In this document: positions 56,078 through 64,000 of the stretch, piece after piece
How positions within the stretch are numbered: the stretch's first letter is position 1
Layout of the letters: every line of letters starts with the position of its first letter
Source of the DNA: an uncultured Candidatus Saccharibacteria bacterium
GTDB taxonomy: Bacteria; Patescibacteriota; Minisyncoccia; UBA6257; GWB1-50-10
Assembly: GCA_964525595.1 (NCBI GenBank)
Contig: CAZGHF010000001.1
Span: 29,509-93,508 of the forward strand
DNA length: 64,000 bases
Direction of reading: 5' to 3'
Notes under the pieces: model-generated
Told to the model about the DNA's origin: nothing
Seen by the model: the letters and a program-made list of their open reading frames with translations, nothing else
The model's database searches: none
Position numbers and translations under genes: made by a program

Positions 56078-56485
56078 TTGAAAAATAAAATCGTTAAAGA
56101 AGAGGGTTTCACGTTAGTTGAAATGCTCGTTGTGATAGCGATAGTTGGAATCTTGTCGGCGGCAGTGCTTGCTTCTTTGGGACCGGCCAGAAACAGGGCA
56201 AAGGATACAAGAATTATCTCGGGGCTTAATCAGCTGCGTGTCCTTGCCGAAGTTCTCTACGACGGTGACTATACCGCCGTAGTAGTAGGTCAGACAGACA
56301 TCGCTAAAGTTGTAACTGACGTTGCAAATAATCAGGGTACGCTGACTATTTCTCTCTCGACAGGTGATCTAACCTACGCAGCTGAATCACCGCTCGCAAG
56401 CAGTGGTTTTTACTGCGTTGACAGTGCCGGTACGGCCGATACTTATGCTTCCAACCCGGATACTTCAGCTGGTTTGTGTCCGTAG
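56078..56485 (+). CDS. type IV major pilin (prepilin with class III signal)
   Basis: TTG start. Leader MKNKIVKEEG followed by FTLVEMLVVIAIVGILSAAVLASL (G/FTLxE prepilin peptidase site). Confidence 0.8.
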   Translation: MKNKIVKEEGFTLVEMLVVIAIVGILSAAVLASLGPARNRAKDTRIISGLNQLRVLAEVLYDGDYTAVVVGQTDIAKVVTDVANNQGTLTISLSTGDLTYAAESPLASSGFYCVDSAGTADTYASNPDTSAGLCP

Positions 56486-56530
56486 GGGTTTTATTAATAA
56501 GGGAAAAAAATAGTGTGACCTGATAACTGT

Positions 56531-57439
56531 ATGTCTGTTGTAGAAATTTTGGTTTATTTCGCGCTTTTTGTTGTTGGTCTTGCCGTTGGCAGTTTTTTTA
56601 ATGTTCTCGCGTTTCGTTATAACCCCTCGCGGAGCGTTTTTTATCATAAAAATTTAAGCGGTCACTCGAAGTGTCTTTCCTGCAACAAGCGCCTTCGCTG
56701 GTTTGAGCTTATTCCCTTGGTGTCTTTTGTAATTCAAAAAGGAAAATGCCGGGGTTGCGGCGGGCGTTTTTCGTTTCAATACCCGATAGTGGAGTTTTTA
56801 GGCGGCTTTATTTTGGTCGGTATTCCTCTTTACTTTAACAAGTTCTATGGAATTACTGATTTATTCTCTTTTTCGGCACCTCTTCGTTCTTATTACGGTT
56901 TTCTGATACTGTGGGTTCTGGTTTTTTTAACATGGCTTTTAATAAGCGCAATTGACTATCGTCATTACCTCGTTCCTGACGGCTTGAATGTGGCGCTTGG
57001 GGTATTAGGAATCGTTATTATTGCCGTGAAATCATTGCCGTCGAGCTGGTTTCTCGCTTTTCACAATTCTTTTTTGAGACATTATGAACTCATATTTTCG
57101 CCCACTCAAACCGTGTGGCTCAATCATCTTCTCGGAGCCTTGATAGCCGGTCTCTTTTTTGTCTTACTTGTATTTTTGAGTCGCGGCAAAGGCATGGGTA
57201 TGGGCGACGTAAAGCTTGCAATTGCTTCCGGTTTGGTATTGGGTTGGCCCGATATGGGTCTTGCTATAATTATTGGTTTTATTGTGGGTGGCGCCTGGGC
57301 GGCAGTCCTTCTTGTTGCGAACAAAAAAACGCTTCACGATGAAATTCCATTTGCGCCATTCTTTATATTAGGGATGGTTCTTACGGTGTTTTTGGGTTTT
57401 GAAATGGTAGAGAGTTACCTTAATTTGTTCAATATCTAA
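56531..57439 (+). CDS. pilD: prepilin peptidase (A24 family) PilD
   Basis: N-terminal Cys4 (CLSCNKRL...CRGCGG), catalytic Asp region GMGDVKL, 8 TM helices. Confidence 0.85.
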   Translation: MSVVEILVYFALFVVGLAVGSFFNVLAFRYNPSRSVFYHKNLSGHSKCLSCNKRLRWFELIPLVSFVIQKGKCRGCGGRFSFQYPIVEFLGGFILVGIPLYFNKFYGITDLFSFSAPLRSYYGFLILWVLVFLTWLLISAIDYRHYLVPDGLNVALGVLGIVIIAVKSLPSSWFLAFHNSFLRHYELIFSPTQTVWLNHLLGALIAGLFFVLLVFLSRGKGMGMGDVKLAIASGLVLGWPDMGLAIIIGFIVGGAWAAVLLVANKKTLHDEIPFAPFFILGMVLTVFLGFEMVESYLNLFNI

Positions 57440-57525
57440 CACAAAGGTGGATTTTTCCCGCTCCTCCGAAGACGAGGCAAGCATGAATCAACGTGGATTC
57501 CTTTTTGCGGTATAATAATTAAATA

Positions 57526-58059
57526 ATGAAAGGAGGCTACACTTTAATAGAAACGCTTGTTGTGATATCCATTACTCTGGTTCTTTCGGCTATTGCGATT
57601 GTTTATACTCATTCGAGTGAGAAGCAAATCCTTATTTACAAAGACCGAGCGACCGTCGTGGGATTTTTAAATCGGGCAAGGTCTTTAGCTGCTCAGAAGT
57701 ATCGTGATCCCTCCGTTCCCGACTATCTCACCTGTGCTTTTGGTATTCATTTTGAACCCGATTCCAGGGATTTTGTCCTGTTTCAGGATTTAGGCGAAGG
57801 GGATTGCAGTCTGGGGAGCACGAATTACCGTTATGACCAAGAAGCTGACCCCTCCGAGGCGATTCAAATTGTTTCTTTGGATTCCCGCCTTCAATTTGCG
57901 GGTATCCCCGCCGGTGGTTTGGATATTTTCTTCATTCCGCCTGAGATAACGGCAAGTTCAAGCACCGAATTACCCGTTTCGTTTATTATTAAGACGACGG
58001 ATAATCAGTTTCAAACAGTAACGACCGTTGCTGTCGGTGGTCAAATTATCACTGAATAA
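57526..58059 (+). CDS. minor pilin / pseudopilin with prepilin N-terminal domain
   Basis: MKGG/YTLIETLVVISITLVLSAIAIV. Confidence 0.65.
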   Translation: MKGGYTLIETLVVISITLVLSAIAIVYTHSSEKQILIYKDRATVVGFLNRARSLAAQKYRDPSVPDYLTCAFGIHFEPDSRDFVLFQDLGEGDCSLGSTNYRYDQEADPSEAIQIVSLDSRLQFAGIPAGGLDIFFIPPEITASSSTELPVSFIIKTTDNQFQTVTTVAVGGQIITE

Positions 58060-58075
58060 TTTTGAATCATGAACT

Positions 58076-58591
58076 ATGAATAATAAATTAAGAATAAAGG
58101 ATAGAAAGGGGAATTTGCTTATTGAATCAATTGTAGCCATAAGTGTTATAATCATCAGTTTTTTGGGGATTTTGAGTCTTCTGTCGCGTTCGCTCGGTCT
58201 TAATAAAGATGTGAGTCATAAATTCGTTGCTACCTATCTTGCGGTCGAGGGGGTTGAAATAGTCAAAAGCTTGATTGATAAAAATTTTACCGACGGGCTT
58301 GCCTGGAATGATTGCTGTTCGGACGGCAGTTGGGAAGTGGTTTATGACAGCACCATTCTTATTCCGGCTTCAGTGCCTCCGAACCCTCTTCTTTTTGACA
58401 AAACTGATGGAAGCTACAATTACGTGACAGGCAATCCATCATCCTTTACGAGAGTTGTCGAAATTTCAGAGCTTGACCGGAATGGCGATGATCGAACTGA
58501 TGAAATAAAAGTTAATTCCAAGGTTAGCTGGTCAAGGCGTGGCAGTGTCCAGGAAATTAACTTAGAGGACCATTTTTTTGACTGGAAATGA
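58076..58591 (+). CDS. minor pilin-like protein
   Basis: N-terminus ...RKG/NLLIESIVAISVIIISFLGILSLL has Gly then a hydrophobic helix with Glu at +5. Confidence 0.5.
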   Translation: MNNKLRIKDRKGNLLIESIVAISVIIISFLGILSLLSRSLGLNKDVSHKFVATYLAVEGVEIVKSLIDKNFTDGLAWNDCCSDGSWEVVYDSTILIPASVPPNPLLFDKTDGSYNYVTGNPSSFTRVVEISELDRNGDDRTDEIKVNSKVSWSRRGSVQEINLEDHFFDWK

Positions 58592-59166
58592 TGTTTGGAG
58601 ATTCAATAGGAATTAAAAATTCGAGACAAGGCTTCACGCTTGCTGAGCTTATAGTTGCCATGTCCGTATTTATCGTTGCGATGATAATTGTTGTCGGTTC
58701 TTTTATAAGAGTTATTCGAACTCAGCGGGCAGTAAACAACCTGCTTTCTATGAACTCGAATATGAGTTTGGTAATTGAACTGATAACCCGGGATATAAGA
58801 ACCGGTTATAACTTCAGTTTAAACAGCCTGCCCGGAGGCAGCTGTATCGGCAGTCAGGTTGAAGAGCTTGAATTTACGAATACTCGTTTTAACAGCGTTT
58901 TCTACCATGACGAGGGCGGGGCGGTTGTCCGCCGGGAATGCGCGGGTGAGGACTGTACCGGCAAGGATTTCGAAGCGCTAACTGCCTCAAATGTGAACAT
59001 TGAACGTCTTTGTTTTTTAAACACCGGGAATCTTGAAAACGGGAAGGATCCCTGGCGGATTACACTTTTCTTTAAAGTCGGTTCTGCCGATTTAGTGCTC
59101 TCCAGTCAGGTTATTGATCTCCAAACAACCATTGCCGCTCGAATTACCCCTCAAGAAACCGAATAA
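58588..59166 (+). CDS. minor pilin (PilV/FimT-like)
   Basis: SRQG/FTLAELIVAMSVFIVAMIIVVGSF. Overlaps the previous gene by 4 nt. Confidence 0.6.
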   Translation: MMFGDSIGIKNSRQGFTLAELIVAMSVFIVAMIIVVGSFIRVIRTQRAVNNLLSMNSNMSLVIELITRDIRTGYNFSLNSLPGGSCIGSQVEELEFTNTRFNSVFYHDEGGAVVRRECAGEDCTGKDFEALTASNVNIERLCFLNTGNLENGKDPWRITLFFKVGSADLVLSSQVIDLQTTIAARITPQETE

Positions 59167-59176
59167 TTAACCAATT

Positions 59177-61634
<2,458 letters not shown>

Positions 61635-61643
61635 TCAAAAGCG

Positions 61644-61928
61644 ATGAGTTTAATTGACAGAAAAACGATAAAGAACCTTGCGGAGCTTTCCCGGTTGGAG
61701 CTTTCGGAAAAGGAGGAAAAATCGCTTCTAAAAGATTTGGAGAAAATACTTTCTTATTTCGAAGAGTTAAAGGAGGTTGATACGGAAAGCGTTGCACCAA
61801 TGTCGGGCGGTACTTTTTCCGAGAACGTTTTTCGGAAGAGCGACTCTAGTTTGCCGAAAGAGCGGGCTATTCAGTCTTTCCCTGAAACCGAGAAAGGTTT
61901 TTTAAAAGTACCGCCTGTATTTGAATAG
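61644..61928 (+). CDS. gatC: Asp/Glu-tRNA(Asn/Gln) amidotransferase subunit C
   Basis: 94 aa with typical GatC N-terminus (IDRKTIKNLAELSRLELSEKEEKSL). Confidence 0.75.
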   Translation: MSLIDRKTIKNLAELSRLELSEKEEKSLLKDLEKILSYFEELKEVDTESVAPMSGGTFSENVFRKSDSSLPKERAIQSFPETEKGFLKVPPVFE

Positions 61929-61969
61929 AGCTCCGCGAATATACGAATTGAGCACGAATGTAAAAATTT

Positions 61970-63412
61970 ATGACTTTAGGTAATCTCACGATTAAAAAGT
62001 TTCACGAAGGCCTAATTAGTAAGAAGTTCTCGGCGGTCGAGGTGGCCGAAAAGTTTTTCAGTCAGATTGATAAAGAGAACGGAGAAATCGGTGCCTACCT
62101 TAATTTGTCAAAAGACGAAGCTATCGCGCAGGCTAACGCTGTTGATACTGCTCTTGCCGGCGGAAAGGAGATTCCGATTCTTGCCGGAGTACCATTTGCA
62201 ATAAAAGACAATATTTTGATTGAGGGCGGATCGGCAACAGTTGCTTCAAAGATTCTCGAAAATTATAAAAGCGCCTATGATGCAACCGTTATCCGGAAGC
62301 TTAAGGAGAACCAGGCAGTACTTTTAGGCAAAACTAACCTCGATGAATTTGCGATGGGTTCTTCGACTGAAAACTCCGCTTTCAGGAAAACCAGGAACCC
62401 GCATGACCCGACCCGCGTTCCGGGCGGTTCTTCGGGCGGTTCGGCTGCGGCGGTTGCGGCAAACATGGCTTTGGCCGCTCTTGGAACAGATACTAACGGT
62501 TCAATTAGACAGCCAGCAAGTTTTTGCGGTGTAGTCGGGTTAAAACCCACCTATGGTGTGGTATCCCGGCATGGAATTATTGCTCTCGGCTCAAGCTTGG
62601 ACCAGGTCGGTCCCCTTACCAAAACCGTGGAGGACGCATCGATTATTTTTGAGGCAATAAACGGCCGGGATGAATTTGATTCTACAAGTTTGGATAAGGC
62701 ATTTAGACACGAAAATATTTCTTTGGACGAGATTAGAAATTTAAAAGTCGGTATTCCCAAGGAATATTTTATTGACGGCATCGATAAAGAAGTTGAGAAA
62801 GGTATTGAGGAAACGATAGAAAAACTGAAAAGCCTGAAAATTGAGTTTAAAAAAGTATCCCTGCCCCACACTAAATATGCAATTTCTGTTTACTACGTAA
62901 TTCTTCCGGCTGAAGCAAGTACGAACCTCGCTCGTTACGACGGCGTTCGCTACGCAAGAGTTTCTTCCGTTCCGGACGATTCGAGCTTAAGAGAGATTTA
63001 TCTTAAAGATAAAGGTGCCGGGTTTGGTTCCGAGTCGAAGCGGCGGATACTTTTAGGAACTTTTGTCCTCTCTGCGGGCTATTACGATGCTTATTATACC
63101 AAAGCTCAAAAAGTTCGCAGTTTGATTAAACAGGATTTTGATGAAGTCTTTAAGAAAGTTGACGTGATTATCACCCCTACTACTCCGACTCCGGCTTTCA
63201 AACTGGGTGAAAAAACAGATGATCCTCTTGCGATGTACCTTGCCGATATCTTTACCAGTCCTTCAAGTTTATCAGGGTTTCCGGCGGTATCGATTCCGGT
63301 CAAGAAATACGAGGTTGGGAGCGGGGAATTGCCGGTGGGTTTTCAGCTTATTGGCCGTCACTTCCGCGAAGCCGACATTTTAAATCTCGGTCAGTATTAC
63401 GAAGAAATTTAA
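61970..63412 (+). CDS. gatA: Glu-tRNA(Gln) amidotransferase subunit A
   Basis: Amidase signature GGSSGGSAAAVAA and catalytic Ser-cisSer-Lys context. 480 aa. Confidence 0.9.
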   Translation: MTLGNLTIKKFHEGLISKKFSAVEVAEKFFSQIDKENGEIGAYLNLSKDEAIAQANAVDTALAGGKEIPILAGVPFAIKDNILIEGGSATVASKILENYKSAYDATVIRKLKENQAVLLGKTNLDEFAMGSSTENSAFRKTRNPHDPTRVPGGSSGGSAAAVAANMALAALGTDTNGSIRQPASFCGVVGLKPTYGVVSRHGIIALGSSLDQVGPLTKTVEDASIIFEAINGRDEFDSTSLDKAFRHENISLDEIRNLKVGIPKEYFIDGIDKEVEKGIEETIEKLKSLKIEFKKVSLPHTKYAISVYYVILPAEASTNLARYDGVRYARVSSVPDDSSLREIYLKDKGAGFGSESKRRILLGTFVLSAGYYDAYYTKAQKVRSLIKQDFDEVFKKVDVIITPTTPTPAFKLGEKTDDPLAMYLADIFTSPSSLSGFPAVSIPVKKYEVGSGELPVGFQLIGRHFREADILNLGQYYEEI

Positions 63413-63458
63413 TAAACTAAGATTTTATAAACAATCGTTCGTAAAATCTAGAAATATT

Positions 63459-64000
63459 TTACGACAGAAATTCTTCGGCTTTTTTAAGGTCTTCAATAAC
63501 GCCAACTGGCACGAAAGAGCGAGCTTCCACCGTTTTTATCTTGTGGTCTTTGGACATAGCCAAGACCGACATCGGTAAAAGAAGTTCTCCTTTTACGGCT
63601 TCGCCGGGAGAATAGTTAAAGATTAAAGAGTTAAGCACGAAGCCGCTGACGAGAGCCAGGTTTGACGGCGGATTTTCCGGTTTTTCAATCACGTTCTTAA
63701 TGCTTTTGTCGTCATTTAATTCAACAATGCCGAAGCGTTGGGGGTTTTCAACTCTGGCTGTGATTGCCGCAAGGTCGTGCCCAAACAAATTCTTAAAGGT
63801 TTCTTTATCTATAAGGTCGTCCGAATAAACTACCGCGAAAGGCTCATCGCTCAAGTGCTTTCTGGACAGCCAAAGAGCGTCATAAGTGCCTTTTTTCTCC
63901 GGCTGGTGGACGTAATTTACCTTTCGGCCCAAAAATTCCTTACCGCAATAGTCTATAATTTTGTCGCCGAGGTAGCCGTGAACAATAACAAGCTCGTCAA
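63459..64000 (-). CDS. sugar-phosphate nucleotidyltransferase (RmlA/GalU-like), N-terminus beyond the window
   Basis: The C-terminal 157+ aa match the NTP-transferase fold (LVIVHGYLGDKIIDY...GTYDALW...). The ORF stays open to position 64000. Confidence 0.65.
   Translation of the reverse strand, partial: DELVIVHGYLGDKIIDYCGKEFLGRKVNYVHQPEKKGTYDALWLSRKHLSDEPFAVVYSDDLIDKETFKNLFGHDLAAITARVENPQRFGIVELNDDKSIKNVIEKPENPPSNLALVSGFVLNSLIFNYSPGEAVKGELLLPMSVLAMSKDHKIKTVEARSFVPVGVIEDLKKAEEFLS

Overview
This 64 kb window is a dense, mostly AT-moderate (~42-47% GC) bacterial chromosome segment. It carries housekeeping genes (ftsH, rpsO, pnp, nusA, murD, valS, tsaD, glyQS, leuS, infB-rbfA, tyrS, clpP, ligA, gatCA, uppS), a membrane H+-pyrophosphatase, and 15 tRNA genes in five clusters. 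A complete type IV pilus / competence-like gene set occupies 48.5-59.6 kb: comF, then pilM-N-O, pilB, pilT, pilC, a major pilin, pilD and four minor-pilin-like genes; no secretin is present in the window. Small proteins, frequent absence of a Shine-Dalgarno sequence and the secretin-less pilus set point to a reduced-genome Patescibacteria/CPR-like organism, but this is inference. Three short GC-rich (55-65%) islands have canonical GGAGG ribosome-binding sites and look foreign. Directly 3' of tRNA-Leu(TAG) sits a GIY-YIG nuclease gene bounded by a 20-bp direct repeat of the tRNA 3' end, followed by a DUF458 RNase-H-fold gene and a DEDDy exonuclease gene. Other unusual features are a duplicated promoter-bearing ~50-bp element flanking a secreted tandem-repeat protein gene, a family of 40-bp perfect palindromes, a 58-aa AbrB/MazE-like ORF missing from the ORF track, a tRNA-Ser 5' fragment with an associated 30-34-bp repeat family around the uppS tRNA cluster, and tRNAs with anticodons UAU (Ile) and GCG (Arg). 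I saw no rRNA genes and no convincing CRISPR array. All coordinates of RNA genes and repeats were derived by hand and may be off by 1-2 nt.
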